In this document: one piece after another, positions 10,265 to 21,509 of the stretch
How positions within the stretch are numbered: the first letter of the stretch is position 1
How the letters are laid out: every line of letters begins with the position of its first letter
From: an uncultured Pseudomonadota bacterium
GTDB lineage: Bacteria; Pseudomonadota; Gammaproteobacteria; Acidiferrobacterales; UBA6901
Length of the DNA stretch: 64,000 nt
Reading direction: 5' to 3'
Assembly (NCBI GenBank): GCA_963698375.1
Contig: CAVOQN010000006.1
Coordinates: 235,854 to 299,853, forward strand
Notes under the pieces: generated by a model
What the model was told of the DNA's origin: nothing
The model's database searches: none
Seen by the model: the letters and a program-made list of their open reading frames with translations, nothing else
Position numbers and translations under genes: made by a program

Positions 10265-10424
10265 GTGATGAAGAATCCGGAACAGTTTGCTGGCGGCCGC
10301 CGGAATGAATCAGGCAGCCGACGAAGTGGCGCCGGGACAGCTGTCCTTTTTCACGCTGAAGCGCTTATGATGGCGAGGCGACTGTAAACGGAAGTCTGTC
10401 ATATCCGATATCCAGGAGAAAGTA

Positions 10425-10808
10425 ATGAACAGAAATCGATCGTTATTCGCGCTGGCCTGTCTCAGCCTCGTCTTGTCCGGATGTCACGCCCACAAGGATA
10501 TGCAGTACGCGCCAGAACGGTACGCCAAGCTGCGCGGTATTGAACTCATTACGACACCGCCGGACCGCCCTTACGAATTGGTCGCAACCGTGGAAGGCTT
10601 TGGCGGCAAGTTTACGGCGAAAGAAACCATGATCAATGGCATGATCGATCAAGCCCTCAAATCCGGTGCGCGTGCATTGATTCCGATGGAGTTTGCAGGC
10701 GAAGGCCGCAACGCAGGCAAGTCGGTCAAGGGTCTGGAGCTGTTCGTCTACACCGAGAACGGCCATGCCGTCACCAAGGGCCGCGCCATTCGGTGGACGG
10801 GAAACTGA
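10425..10808 (+). CDS. Small lipoprotein, hypothetical
   Basis: Signal peptide with lipobox LVLSGC. GGAGAAAG ribosome-binding site upstream of the ATG. Confidence 0.6.
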   Translation: MNRNRSLFALACLSLVLSGCHAHKDMQYAPERYAKLRGIELITTPPDRPYELVATVEGFGGKFTAKETMINGMIDQALKSGARALIPMEFAGEGRNAGKSVKGLELFVYTENGHAVTKGRAIRWTGN

Positions 10809-11137
10809 CGCGGACAAGGACAGCGGCGTCCCGTGCCCGATTTTTGTTATTAATCTTGCCCCCGATCTTGCATGGAAATTGTTGAAACGCCCTGTGTAAC
10901 TGGAACCTACGGTTTCACAATACGAGAGAGCCGCCGGCCTGCAAGACGCCGGGATTGCAATAAATCCTCCGGGAAAGCTGACGCTTGCTGCGGGTTTCCA
11001 CTGTCCAGGCGTTGCGCAAACCTGGCCGCCATTTATCAACAGTATCGAGGGACAAGCAGTCCCGCGTGTAATCAGGCGTTTATTCCTCGCGCCCGCGAGC
11101 GTATAACGATCAAATGGTTCGCTGAGGAGGCTGCATT

Positions 11138-12051
11138 GTGAAAATCGGTCTGGTCGGACTTGGACGCATGGGTGCCAACATGGCGCGGCGGCTGCGCCGC
11201 GGCGGCGTCGAGGTAGTCGCCTGGAACCGCAATGCCGAGGTTGCCAACGCGCTTGCAAATGAAACCGGGCTAATGGCCGTGGAGAGCTTGCCGGAACTGG
11301 TTGCGGCGCTCGCCCCGCCACGCATCGTGTGGCTGATGTTGCCATCCGGTGAGGTCACCGAGCAGCATCTGGAACTGCTGGCTCCCCTGCTCGCGCGCCA
11401 CGACCTGCTGGTGGACGGCGCCAATTCTTACTATAAGGATTCGATGCGGCGTGCCGGCCAACTGGCAGGCAGCGGTATTGCCTTTGCGGACGCCGGCGTG
11501 TCCGGCGGTGTTTGGGGCCTGGAGAACGGTTATGCCCTGATGCTCGGTGGTGACGCCGCGGCGATCGCGCGTCTCAAGCCGGTGATCGAGATACTTGCCC
11601 CGGGCACGGAACGCGGCTGGCTACACTGTGGACCGGCAGGTTCCGGGCATTTTGTGAAAATGGTTCACAACGGCATCGAGTACGGCATGATGCAGGCCTA
11701 TGCCGAGGGCTTCGCGCTCATGAAGGCACGCACCGATTTTCACCTTGATCTGGCCGCGATAGCCGAGACCTGGCGGCACGGCAGTGTGGTGCGCAGTTGG
11801 TTGCTCGATCTCACTGCCGAATTTCTCGCCCGCGACCAGGAGCTAGAAGATATCGCACCGCAGGTCGCCGATTCCGGCGAGGGCCGCTGGACGGCATTGG
11901 AGGGCGTGGAGCTGGGTGTGCCGACGCCGGTGATGAGCCTCGCGCTGATGATGCGCTTCGCCAGCCAGGGCAAGGACGAATACGGCGACAAACTGCTCGC
12001 CATGATGCGCAAGGGTTTTGGCGGCCATGCGTACTGGAAGGCAAGGACTGA
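11138..12051 (+). pseudogene. gnd: Short-form 6-phosphogluconate dehydrogenase (decarboxylating, YqeC/Gnd-like). Its 3' end is frameshifted, so the ORF runs into zwf.
   Basis: Contains IGLVGLGRMGANMARRL (Rossmann fold) and HFVKMVHNGIEYGMMQAYAEGF. After GFGGHA the track ORF reads on into MVEPGPCYFVIFGATGNLA (the zwf start). The -1 frame gives GGHAVLEGKD* with a TGA at 12049..12051, 4 nt before the zwf ATG. Confidence 0.8.
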
Positions 12052-12055
12052 GCAC

Positions 12056-13537
12056 ATGGTTGAGCCAGGACCGTGCTATTTCGTTATCTTCGGCGCCACC
12101 GGTAATCTTGCCTCGCGCAAACTGTTGCCGGCGCTGTACGAACTTGAGGCCGCCGACAAACTGCACGCTGATCTGCGTTTTGTGGCCTTTGCGCGTCGCG
12201 CCTGGACCCAGAGTGACTGGCTCGGACATCTGAGGCTCAGTCTTACCCAGCATCTCGGCAAGGATTGCGAGGGCGTGGTCTTCGAGCGTTTCGCACAGCG
12301 CTTCGACTACGTGGCCGGCGACCTCGACTGACCCGCAGGCTTACAGGCGGTTGCTGGACGAGCTCAGCAAGCCGCGCCTGGGCACCTGCGAGAACATCGT
12401 CTTCTATCTCGCCATCAAGCCGTCCAATTTTCTCGGCGGTGATCGAACAGCTCGATCGCATCGGTATCAGCCGCGCCCACGGCCGTCACCGGATCGTGGT
12501 CGAGAAGCCGTTTGGCGAGGACATCGATAGTGCGCGCGAGTTGAACGCACGCCTGCACCAGCTACTTCGACGAGGAGCAGATCTATCCGCATCGATCACT
12601 ACCTCGGCAAGGAGACGGTGCAAAACCTGCTGGTGTTCCGCTTTGCCAACACCATGATCGAGCCGATCTGGAACCGCAACTATATCGACCACGTGCAGAT
12701 CACCGTGGCGGAGTCCGAGGGCGTCGGGCAATCGCGCCGGCTACTACGACGGCACCGGTGCGTTGCGCGACATGCTGCAGAATCACCTGATGCAGCTGCT
12801 CACCTGGTGGCCATGGAGCCACCGGCCACACTCGACGCCGACGCGCTGCGCGACGAGAAGGTCAAGGTACTGCGCTCGATCCGGCCGATCGCCACAGCAG
12901 GCGGTGCACGCGCGATGCGTTTCGCGCCCAATATGCCGCCGGGCGTGTGGACGGCCAGGCCGTGCGCTGGCTACCTGGATGAAGACGGCGTCGCGAAAGG
13001 CTCGGTGACCGAAACCTTTGTGGCGGCGCGTTTCTTCATCGACAACTGGCGCTGGCGCGACGTGCCGTTCTACTTACGTACCGGCAAGCGTCTGACCGAC
13101 AACATGTCGCTGATTGCGATCCGTTTCCGCCATCCGCCGCAATTGCTGTTTCACGAGACTGCCGCTGCGCACATCGATCCCAATTGGGTTCTGCTGTCGT
13201 TGCAGCCGACCGAATGCATGCACATCGAACTGCACGCCAAGGAGCCGGGGCTCAGTATGAACACGCGTATTGTGCGGCTCAATGCCTCGTACCGCGCAGC
13301 GAGGCAACCACCATGGAGGCCTACAAGACGCTGCTGCTCGATGTGGTCGAAGGTGACCGCAGCCTGTTCATCCGCTTCGATGAAGTCGAGTGGGCGTGGC
13401 GGGTGGTCGATCCGATCCTGCGCGAGTGGTCACGCAACAGGGAGTTCATCGCTACCTATCCGGCCGGCACCTGGGGTCCGCGCGATGCCAGCCGCCTGTT
13501 CGAGCGCGAAGACCAGTTCTGGCGCAATGAGATCTGA
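12056..13537 (+). pseudogene. zwf: Glucose-6-phosphate 1-dehydrogenase, broken by about 10 single-base indels
   Basis: All conserved blocks are present but spread over three frames: [118 protein letters not shown]. Breaks resolved at about 12329, 12430, 12562, 12587, 12729, 12891, 12911 and 12968 (insertions) and 12805 and 13300 (deletions). Confidence 0.9.
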
Positions 13538-13600
13538 CGACCTGGTCAGGCTGCCTGTTTCTTCTGCAGAGGCAGAATTCCGATTTCCTCCGGCAGGCAG

Positions 13601-14272
13601 ATGAACGAACGCGTTTTCTCCGACACCGAGTCACTGTATGTTGCCGCGGCCGACTACATCCTCAAATCGGCGCGTGCCGCCATCATGGCGCGCGGCGTCT
13701 ACCGGCTGGTGTTGGCCGGTGGCGAAACGCCACGTTCGGTGTATCGGCGCCTCGCCGTGGCGCGCGCCGATTGGGATCGGTGGCAGTTCTACTTTGGCGA
13801 TGAGCGCTGTCTGCCTCCGGGTGATGCGCAGCGCAACGACCACATGGCGCGCACCGTCTGGCTGGACCGGGTACCGGTTCTGCCAACCAATATTTTTTCC
13901 ATCCCCGCCGAGCTGGGTGCGGATTCCGCCGCTGTTCGTTACGCGGACGTACTGGCGGCGATCGATGTTTTCGATCTGGTACTTCTCGGCCTCGGTGAAG
14001 ATGGCCACACTGCGAGCCTTTTCCCGGGACAGCCAATGGACAACGCCGATGTGCTGGCGGTGCATGCCGCACCCAAGCCGCCGCCTGAACGCGTGACACT
14101 CAGTGCCACGCGTCTGAGCCGTACGCGCCAGGCCTTGTTTCTGGTCACCGGGGACAACAAACGTGCCGCGTTGACGGCCTGGCGAAAGGGGTGTGATATC
14201 CCGGCCCGTCACATCGCTCCACCCGGTGGTGTGGATCTGTGGCTCGATGCGAGCGTGGCAACCGAAGCCTGA
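13601..14272 (+). CDS. pgl: 6-phosphogluconolactonase
   Basis: Contains [13 protein letters not shown] and [16 protein letters not shown]. The 223-aa ORF is intact. Confidence 0.9.
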   Translation: MNERVFSDTESLYVAAADYILKSARAAIMARGVYRLVLAGGETPRSVYRRLAVARADWDRWQFYFGDERCLPPGDAQRNDHMARTVWLDRVPVLPTNIFSIPAELGADSAAVRYADVLAAIDVFDLVLLGLGEDGHTASLFPGQPMDNADVLAVHAAPKPPPERVTLSATRLSRTRQALFLVTGDNKRAALTAWRKGCDIPARHIAPPGGVDLWLDASVATEA

Positions 14273-14373
14273 ATCGCAACCGAGTGTCTCCGGCCGGTGT
14301 TGCGTCGGGCAGCCGGTCCAGCCTGGTAATCTGCCAGATCACCTGTATCGCGAACCCGGCGGTACATGACAAC

Positions 14374-16251
14374 ATGTCTCAGAAATTCAGCACAACGAGC
14401 ACAATGAAAGATCAGCCCCGACATATCCTGCATCGTGTATTCGGCTACCAGCGATTCCGCGCACCACAAGCAGAAGTGATTGACACGCTGATGCATGGTG
14501 GCGATGCGCTGGTGCTCATGCCCACCGGCGGCGGCAAATCTCTGTGTTTTCAGATTCCAGCCATCGCCTTGCCGGGAACCGGACTTGTCATCTCGCCACT
14601 CATCGCGCTCATGCAGGATCAGGTCGCGGCACTCCGGCAGGCCGGCGTGCGTGCCGCCTTTCTCAACTCCACACTGGATGCTGAAACCACGCGTGCCATT
14701 GAACAGCATTTACTGAACGGCGAACTCGATCTGCTCTATATTTCCCCCGAGCGGCTGATGCAGGAACGCACGCTCAATCTTCTATCGCGCGCCAACATTG
14801 CGCTGTTCGCGATCGACGAGGCCCATTGCGTTTCGCAATGGGGCCACGACTTCCGCCCCGAGTATATGCAGCTCTCTGTGTTGCACGAACGTTTCCCGGA
14901 AGTTCCGCGTATTGCACTGACTGCCACCGCGGACGCACCCACGCGCCGCGAAATCATCGCGCGTCTCGGGCTCGACAATGCGCGCGTGTTCATCAGCGGT
15001 TTCGACCGCCCCAATATCCGCTATCGCATTGCACAGGGCGGCGGCAGCGCACGTGAGCAATTGCTGCGATTTCTGCGCGCCGAGCACGCCGGCGACGCCG
15101 GCATCGTTTATTGTCTGTCGCGCAAGCGCGTGGATGAAATTGCCGACTATCTCGCCGGCCAGGGTCTCGACGCGCTGCCCTATCATGCCGGGCTTGAGCC
15201 AGCGGTGCGCAGCCGCAATCAGGCACGCTTCCTCAACGAGGAAGGCGTGATCATCGTTGCAACCATTGCCTTCGGCATGGGAATCGACAAACCGAACGTG
15301 CGTTTCGTCGCGCATCTGAATCTGCCGAAGAGCATCGAAGCCTACTATCAGGAAACCGGCCGCGCCGGCCGCGACGGCCTGCCGGCCAATGCCTGGATGG
15401 TGTACGGTCTGCAGGATGTCATTACTTTGCGCCAGATGCTGGAAAGTGCTGATTCCGATGACGCGCGCAAGCGTGTCGAGCGTCACAAGCTTGATGCCAT
15501 GCTCGGCCTGTGCGAGCTCACCACTTGTCGCCGTCAGGCCCTGTTGGCCTACTTCGATGATCCGTTGCCCGAATCCTGTGGCAACTGCGATACCTGTCTC
15601 GAACCCCCGCAAACCTGGGACGCCACCGAATCGGCGCAGAAGGCACTCTCCTGCGTACACCGCACCGGACAACGGTTTGGGGTGAACTATCTGGTCGACG
15701 TGCTACTGGGAAAGACCGACGAGCGCATCCAGCGTTTCGGCCACCATCAACTCACCACCTTTGGCATCGGCAAGGACCAGAGCCAGCAGGAATGGCGCGG
15801 CATCTTCCGTCAGCTCGTCGCGCGCGGACTGCTGGCCGTCGACCTCGAAGGACACGGCTCGCTGAAACTCACCGACGCTTGTCGCCCTGTGCTGCGCAGT
15901 GAAGAACGCCTCATGTTGCGCCGCGCAAACAAGACCGGGCAGAAAACGAAAAAAACAGCACTTCGCAACCGCTCCGTGTTCACGCGAGAATCCGACACAG
16001 TACTATGGGAAGCCCTGCGTGCCCGCCGCCTGGAGCTTGCCAAGGCGCAGGGTGTGCCGCCGTATGTCGTTTTTCACGATGCGACCCTCGCGGCAGTTGT
16101 TGAGTGTCGCCCGCAGACGTTACAAGAATTTTCCCGCATCTCCGGCGTCGGTGAACGCAAACTCGCTGCCTATGGCGAGGATTTCCTGCGTATTATTCTG
16201 GCACACGCGCGGGAACTGGATAGTGACGCTGCCCACTCACTTTCCGGTTAA
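14374..16251 (+). CDS. recQ: ATP-dependent DNA helicase RecQ
   Basis: Contains [33 protein letters not shown], a Zn-binding CxxC cluster and a C-terminal HRDC ([30 protein letters not shown]). The frame is intact. Confidence 0.95.
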   Translation: MSQKFSTTSTMKDQPRHILHRVFGYQRFRAPQAEVIDTLMHGGDALVLMPTGGGKSLCFQIPAIALPGTGLVISPLIALMQDQVAALRQAGVRAAFLNSTLDAETTRAIEQHLLNGELDLLYISPERLMQERTLNLLSRANIALFAIDEAHCVSQWGHDFRPEYMQLSVLHERFPEVPRIALTATADAPTRREIIARLGLDNARVFISGFDRPNIRYRIAQGGGSAREQLLRFLRAEHAGDAGIVYCLSRKRVDEIADYLAGQGLDALPYHAGLEPAVRSRNQARFLNEEGVIIVATIAFGMGIDKPNVRFVAHLNLPKSIEAYYQETGRAGRDGLPANAWMVYGLQDVITLRQMLESADSDDARKRVERHKLDAMLGLCELTTCRRQALLAYFDDPLPESCGNCDTCLEPPQTWDATESAQKALSCVHRTGQRFGVNYLVDVLLGKTDERIQRFGHHQLTTFGIGKDQSQQEWRGIFRQLVARGLLAVDLEGHGSLKLTDACRPVLRSEERLMLRRANKTGQKTKKTALRNRSVFTRESDTVLWEALRARRLELAKAQGVPPYVVFHDATLAAVVECRPQTLQEFSRISGVGERKLAAYGEDFLRIILAHARELDSDAAHSLSG

Positions 16252-16343
16252 TTGCCGCTCTGGCCAGCTCAAAAATGTATCCGTCTCTTTCGTGACGACG
16301 TGAATGTCCGTAAGCTGGCCTGGAGACATCCACGGGCCAAGCT

Positions 16344-17384
16344 ATGGCAAGCACACCGCTTCAAGGAAGGCAGACGGCTGCCACCGAGGCCAAAGTCGGC
16401 CAGCTCCGCAGGCCCGCTATCTATCCCGATGCGCCGGTTCGAGTCGATGTGGTGGAAACCCACATGTCCTGGGTGTTCCTGACTGATCGCTACGCCTACA
16501 AGATGAAGAAGCCGGTGCGCTACGACTTCCTGGACTTCAGCACGCTGGAATTACGACAGCGGGATTGCGAGGAGGAGGTTCGGCTGAACCGGAGGCTCGC
16601 CCCGGATGTCTACCTCGGCACGGTCCCGCTCACGCAGGACACGCGCGGCAACATACACCTGGGCGGCGAAGGCGAGGCCATCGAGTGGCTGGTGAAAATG
16701 CGCCGGCTGCCGGTGGAACGGATGCTGGATAACATGATCCTCCAGCACAGCGTGCAGGAAACAGATGTCCGCAAATTGGCGACGCTGCTTATCGGGTTTT
16801 ACCAAGGGTGTCGACCGGTCGAACTCAGCGGTGATCAGTATCGGGCTGAATTCAGAAATGCGATGGAACTCAATCTTCGGGAGTTGTCGGTGCCGGTTTA
16901 TGCATTGCCGTGCCGCCTGATTGAACAACTGCACGATGCGCAATGGACTTTCATAAGCCGGGAAGCCGGGCTATTCGATGCGCGGGCAGAGGCGGGCAGA
17001 ATTGTCGAGGGTCACGGCGATTTGCGGCCGGAGCATATTTGTCTCGCGCCGGAACCCGTGATCATCGACTGTCTCGAATTCAACCGCAGGCTGCGAATTG
17101 TCGACCCGGTCGATGAGCTGGCATTTCTCGCCATGGAATGCGAGCGTCTCGGCACGTTACGTGTCGGTGACCAGTTGTTAAATGCCTATGCACAGGCCAC
17201 GCACGACCAGCCAGCGGACAGTCTGGTGTGTTTTTATAAGATTTTCCGTGCCTGCCTGCGAGCGCGTTTTGCCATCGGGCATGTGCGCGAGCTGGAAATC
17301 AAGGACTGGCCGAAGTGGCAGCACAGCGCCGAGGAATACCTGCATTTAGCCGAGGGCTATCGCGAGCAGCTTTCTGAACGCTGA
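16344..17384 (+). CDS. Aminoglycoside-phosphotransferase/protein-kinase-fold protein
   Basis: Contains ETHMSWVFLTDRYAYKMKKPV and the catalytic-loop-like HGDLRPEHICL. Confidence 0.65.
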   Translation: MASTPLQGRQTAATEAKVGQLRRPAIYPDAPVRVDVVETHMSWVFLTDRYAYKMKKPVRYDFLDFSTLELRQRDCEEEVRLNRRLAPDVYLGTVPLTQDTRGNIHLGGEGEAIEWLVKMRRLPVERMLDNMILQHSVQETDVRKLATLLIGFYQGCRPVELSGDQYRAEFRNAMELNLRELSVPVYALPCRLIEQLHDAQWTFISREAGLFDARAEAGRIVEGHGDLRPEHICLAPEPVIIDCLEFNRRLRIVDPVDELAFLAMECERLGTLRVGDQLLNAYAQATHDQPADSLVCFYKIFRACLRARFAIGHVRELEIKDWPKWQHSAEEYLHLAEGYREQLSER

Positions 17385-17389
17385 GACGT

Positions 17390-18385
17390 TTATGTTGCCA
17401 GCAACTCGACCAGCGATCCTCCGCTGTGCAGGCGCCGGATGGCTTCGGCAAACAGCCCGGTTGCGGACAACACCACCAGCTTCTGCGTAACCAGCTCTGA
17501 GTCCAGGCGGAACGGCGGGATGCTATCGGTGACGATGATCCGGTCCAGCTCCGGGACCGCCAGGATCTCGCTGGCGTGGCCGACGAACACGCCATGCGAG
17601 GCCGCCGCAAACACCTGCCGGGCGTCCTGATCCTTGCAGGCCTTGGCCGCGTGCGCGAGGGTGCTGCCGGTGCCGATCATGTCGTCGATGATGACGACGG
17701 TGCTGTCGGCGACATCGCCGACCAGTCGGCCCAGGCTGAGTGTGCCCTTTGCGCGTGCCTTCTCCACAAAGGCCATGGCCACCTCCCTGTTCAAGGCCCG
17801 CCCCAATGCTTCGCGGAAGCGGTCGGCGCGCTTGATCCCGCCCACGTCGGGTGAGACGACAGTGACCTTGTGCTCGGCCTTGAGCAGTGGCACGAGGTAA
17901 GCAATAAACAGTTTATTCGCTTCCAGATGATCGGCCTGACAGCGAAACGCATTTTGGTATGCCGCCAGGTTGTGTACGTCGAGTGTTACTACCCGGTCGG
18001 TACCCACCGCCTCGATCATGGCGGCAACATAGCGCGTGGTGACCGGGTCGCGGGATTGGGTTTTGCTGTCCTTGCGCGCATAGGCCAGGTAGGGGATGAC
18101 CGCCGTGATCCGCCCGGCACCGGCATCCCGCAGGGCACCGAGAAAGAACAGCATCCGGCACAGCTTGTCGTTCACACTCTGGGCTGGATCGGAATACAGC
18201 GACTGGATTACATACACGTCCTGCGCGCGGACATTCACCCGTGGACGGATCTTGTGCTCACCGTCCTCGAACTCTCTTTCTTCGTGTTCACGAAGTGCGC
18301 TGCCGAGTTCCTGTGCTACCTGTTCGCCAAACGCACGACTGGCGTTGACGGCGAACAGCGCGAGGGCGTCAGCTTCGTTGTGCAT
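17390..18385 (-). CDS. prs: Ribose-phosphate pyrophosphokinase family protein
   Basis: Contains the PRPP-binding loop [18 protein letters not shown] and the flexible-loop region [13 protein letters not shown]. Confidence 0.85.
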   Translation of the reverse strand: MHNEADALALFAVNASRAFGEQVAQELGSALREHEEREFEDGEHKIRPRVNVRAQDVYVIQSLYSDPAQSVNDKLCRMLFFLGALRDAGAGRITAVIPYLAYARKDSKTQSRDPVTTRYVAAMIEAVGTDRVVTLDVHNLAAYQNAFRCQADHLEANKLFIAYLVPLLKAEHKVTVVSPDVGGIKRADRFREALGRALNREVAMAFVEKARAKGTLSLGRLVGDVADSTVVIIDDMIGTGSTLAHAAKACKDQDARQVFAAASHGVFVGHASEILAVPELDRIIVTDSIPPFRLDSELVTQKLVVLSATGLFAEAIRRLHSGGSLVELLAT

Positions 18386-18587
18386 GACGATAACAGTTCA
18401 TTAACTGGGCAACCTGTGAAAGGCAGACAGCGAAGGGATACTGTCATACATAACGGCAGCCTGTTTCTTGATTTGTATCAATAAAGACTGTGATAGATAT
18501 CAAGTGGTCATTGCCCTCTGCGATCCAAGTAGAAGTGGTGAATTAGCACAAGTACCGTGTGCATGCAGTTTCGCGGACGCTGACAAA

Positions 18588-19971
18588 TTACGGGCCGCTA
18601 TCAGGAATCCGCAGCCTGGCCGCCAAGCCACCCAAGTAGCTGGATTCCAGCAACAACTCACCGTGATAAAGCGCCAGCGTGTCTTGCACCATGGCAAGCC
18701 CGAGACCATGCCCCGGGATCGTTTCATCGGCACGTGCGCCACGTTGCAGGACGCGGGTTTTCAAATCGTTGCGAATTCCCGGACCGTCGTCTTCGACGGT
18801 GATGTCGAGCAATGTTTGCCCGGCTCCTGTGGGTTTTATTGTTTGCACCGTTACCCGCACTTGCCGGCGGCACCACTTGCAGGCGTTGTCCAGCAGGTTA
18901 CCGAGCATCTCGGTGAGATCGCCGACATCGCCATGGAAGGTGGAGGAGGTTCCCACGTCGAGTGTCACCTGCACGTCTTTGTCCGCGTACACCTTGGTGA
19001 GCGCTGCGACGATCTTTTCAACAACGGGTTTTACCTCGACTCGGCGCAGCGAGTGGCGTGCGTCCCGAGGCGGCGGCACGCTGCAGCTGGTATTCAATGA
19101 GACTCGTCATGCCTGTCAGTTGTTCACGGGCAATGGCGCGCAATGCCGCATCATTCGTTTCTCCATCTACCGCGCCGCGCAACACGGCGAGTGGTGTCTT
19201 GAGACTGTGCGCGAGATTGCCGAGTGAATCGCGGTAGCGTTTGAGGTGATTGTCGGCGCTGGTCAGCAGGCCGTTCAGGTTATCCGTCAACTGACGCAAC
19301 TCCCGTGGGTAGTCGTTGTGCAGGCGTTGCGCGAGTCCGGCCTCGATGGCATGCAGGTCATCAGCCACGCGCCGCAATGGGGCCAGGCTCCAGCGCAGAA
19401 TAACGCCCTGTACCAGAAGCAACAGGAACGCGGCTCCGGCCAGCCAGCCCCAGAGGCTGTGCCGGAAGCGACCGACTTCGGCGTTGAAGCTCACGAGGTT
19501 TTCAGCGACACGATAGGTGTAGCGCCGGTCTCTGTTCTCGTTTGTCTCCCAGCTGACGGTGAAGGCGAGGCTCAGTAGCGGCAGGTCACGATCGACGGCA
19601 AGTCGCGCGAACTCACGTTGACCGACCTGCCGGGACCATGGCGAAGGGGATCGTCAGACCGAGCAGCGATTTGGAACGCCAGACCGACTTGTGCGCTGTC
19701 CACCACTTCTGCGTACAAGCCGGAACCGATCAGGGAAAAACGCGGGTCTGGCAACTCGGCAGGCAGACGCAACTGTCCACTGTGCGTCGAGATCGGAGGC
19801 CGCGAGCAGCGCGTACACATAGCCTTGCAGGCGGTCACGTAGCGCTGTGTCGGCGCTGGCACGAAAAGCGCCGTCCAAAACCAGACCGGTGATGCCGAGG
19901 AAGGCGGCCAACACCACGCTGCTCGCCAGCAGCAGTCGCGTGTTGAGCGAGAGCGTCACGCTTCGCCGCAT
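18588..19971 (-). pseudogene. PhoQ/QseC-like sensor histidine kinase with at least 4 frameshifts
   Basis: N-terminal TM plus sensor region (SGQLRLPAELPDPRF, VWRSKSLLG), HAMP, H-box SLGNLAHSLKTPLA, N-box LLDNACKW and G-boxes DDGPGI and GHGLGLA lie in different frames. Breaks at about 19782, 19685, 19630 and 19042, all +1. Confidence 0.85.
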
Positions 19972-20640
19972 TCCAGGACGAAGCGGTAGCCGCGCCCGCG
20001 CAGCGTCTCGACTGGCTGGTAGCGATTGTCCGGGTCGAGTTTGCGGCGCAGGCGGCCGATGAACACTTCGATCACGTTGCTGTCGCGATCGAAGTCCTGA
20101 TCGTAGACATGTTCGGTAAGCTCGGTTTTGGAAATGACCTTGCCACGATTGAGCATGAGGTATTCGAGCACCTTGTATTCGTAGCCGGTCAGTTCAAGCG
20201 GCAGGTTATCGACCTGCACGGTATGAGCGCCGATGTCGAGGGTGATCGGCCCGCAACGCAATACCGATTTGGCGACAGCCTGCTGCACGCCGCATCAGGG
20301 CGTTTATACGTGCATGCAACTCTTCGGCCTGAAACGGCTTTGTCAGGTAATCGTCGGCGCCGGCATTGAGGCCTTCCACCTTGTCTTGCCAGCGCCCGCG
20401 CGCTGTCAGGATCAGAACCGGAAATGTTCGCCCGGTTTCGCGCCAGCGGCGGATGACTTCAATACCGGAGAGTTTGGGAAGGCCAAGATCGACGACGGCC
20501 AAATCGAAGGGATTCTCGCGTCCGAGATAAAAACCGTCTTCGCCATCGGCCGCGGCATCCACGGCGTAACCGGCCTTGCGCAACTGTGCTTCGAGTTGCG
20601 CGCGCAAAGTAGTCTCATCTTCCAATACCAGGATGCGCAC
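19956..20640 (-). pseudogene. OmpR/PhoB-family response regulator with one frameshift near 20280
   Basis: The receiver domain (VRILVLEDE...LAVVDLGLPKLSG...LILTARG...DDYLTKPF) is in the 20206..20949 frame. The winged-helix domain (LTGYEYKVLEYLM...ETLRGRGYRF) is in the 19956..20288 frame. Confidence 0.85.
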
Positions 20641-20651
20641 GTAGCGTCGCC

Positions 20652-20949
20652 TCAGCGGCCCCTGGATTGGGCGTCGATCGACTACCACACGCACCTGGCC
20701 GGAAGGTGTCAGCACCTTGATGCGGTGCACCGTGCGGCCACCTTGGTTGACAGTATCGGCCGACAGCACGCGCCCGCCAGTATCGCGTTTTACCTGCTGC
20801 ACGGCTTCATTCAGGCTTACGCCGGTTTCGCCACCGCCACGTCGGGCAATGAGGTAGTGCCCACCACCAGCGGCAACCGTGACGCTCGGTACGCTTGCCA
20901 CGCTCAATAACGCGGCAACCAGTGACAGAACAAGAATGCGTTTCAGCAT
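20652..20949 (-). pseudogene. Secreted PepSY-domain protein. As sequenced it has no stop codon and runs in frame into the regulator.
   Basis: Signal peptide MLKRILVLSLVAALLSVASV and PepSY block NEAVQQVKRDTGGRVLSADTV...HRIKVLTPSGQVRVVVD. A one-base change would give a TGA at 20652..20654 inside a GAGG ribosome-binding site 9 nt upstream of the regulator GTG. Confidence 0.6.
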
Positions 20950-21209
20950 GACGGATCCGGGCCGAAGTGTGAACGGAAATGCCGCTCATTGCCCTGAAGC
21001 ATAACCAAGAACAAACATCGGCGCGAGGGTACGTTTCCTGTCCGTGTACTTTCGGCAGGAGCAGCGCCCACGCGCCGATGGTGCAAGTTCCCGCGACATG
21101 TTGAACGCGTGAGCCTCGCGGGAGGGAGGAGAGGGTTCTTACCCGAGACTGGCCAGCGCCCATTAATGCGGACGATGGAGCTCAACGTGGGCGCCGTGAT
21201 GTTTCTTGT

Positions 21210-21509
21210 TCAGAACGATGACCGGAAACGGCGGCAGCGGCGGAAACGGCAGAACGACCTGGGCACGCCTGGCTGTAACGGCCAGTGGTCATGATGACGG
21301 CCATAGTGGTCATGACGGTAGTGATGGCGGTAGTGATGTTTCTGGTGTCCGCGATACCCATGTTTGTCATGGCCAGAATTGTGGCCGCGCGCGTGGTCCG
21401 AGCGTCCGTGGCCACGATCACCATGTCCCCGGTCCGAGGCAAACGCCGCCGAAGTGAAGGGCAGGGCGGCGACCAACAATGCTACAGCAATAGTCTGAGT
21501 GCGATTCAT
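21210..21509 (-). CDS. Secreted histidine-rich protein
   Basis: AAAGGAGA ribosome-binding site, signal peptide MNRTQTIAVALLVAALPFTSAAFA, then about 30 percent His (GHGDRGHGRSDHARGHNSGHDKHGYRGHQKHHYRHHYRHDHYGRHHDH). The 3' end is uncertain. Confidence 0.6.
   Translation of the reverse strand: MNRTQTIAVALLVAALPFTSAAFASDRGHGDRGHGRSDHARGHNSGHDKHGYRGHQKHHYRHHYRHDHYGRHHDHWPLQPGVPRSFCRFRRCRRFRSSF

Noticed and set aside
11138-12331. An apparent natural gnd-zwf fusion protein (397-aa ORF)
   Set aside because: A one-base shift about 20 nt before the junction yields the usual Gnd C-terminus (GGHAVLEGKD*) with its stop 4 nt before the zwf ATG. The fusion is therefore best explained by an indel.
12329-13300. 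Programmed ribosomal frameshifting or recoding as the explanation for the frame changes
   Set aside because: The junctions lack slippery heptamers or downstream pseudoknot-like structures. They occur up to ten times in one gene, include both signs, and affect unrelated genes.
20206-20949. An apparent PepSY-response-regulator fusion protein
   Set aside because: The junction contains a GAGG-N9-GTG start context for the regulator and an out-of-frame TGA inside it. Two separate genes joined by a single-base indel is the simpler reading.
21210-21509. Repetitive catgac/gtgatg-type DNA, considered as a tandem repeat or CRISPR-like array
   Set aside because: The periodicity is irregular and is fully explained by codons of a His-rich coding sequence that has a signal peptide and a ribosome-binding site.
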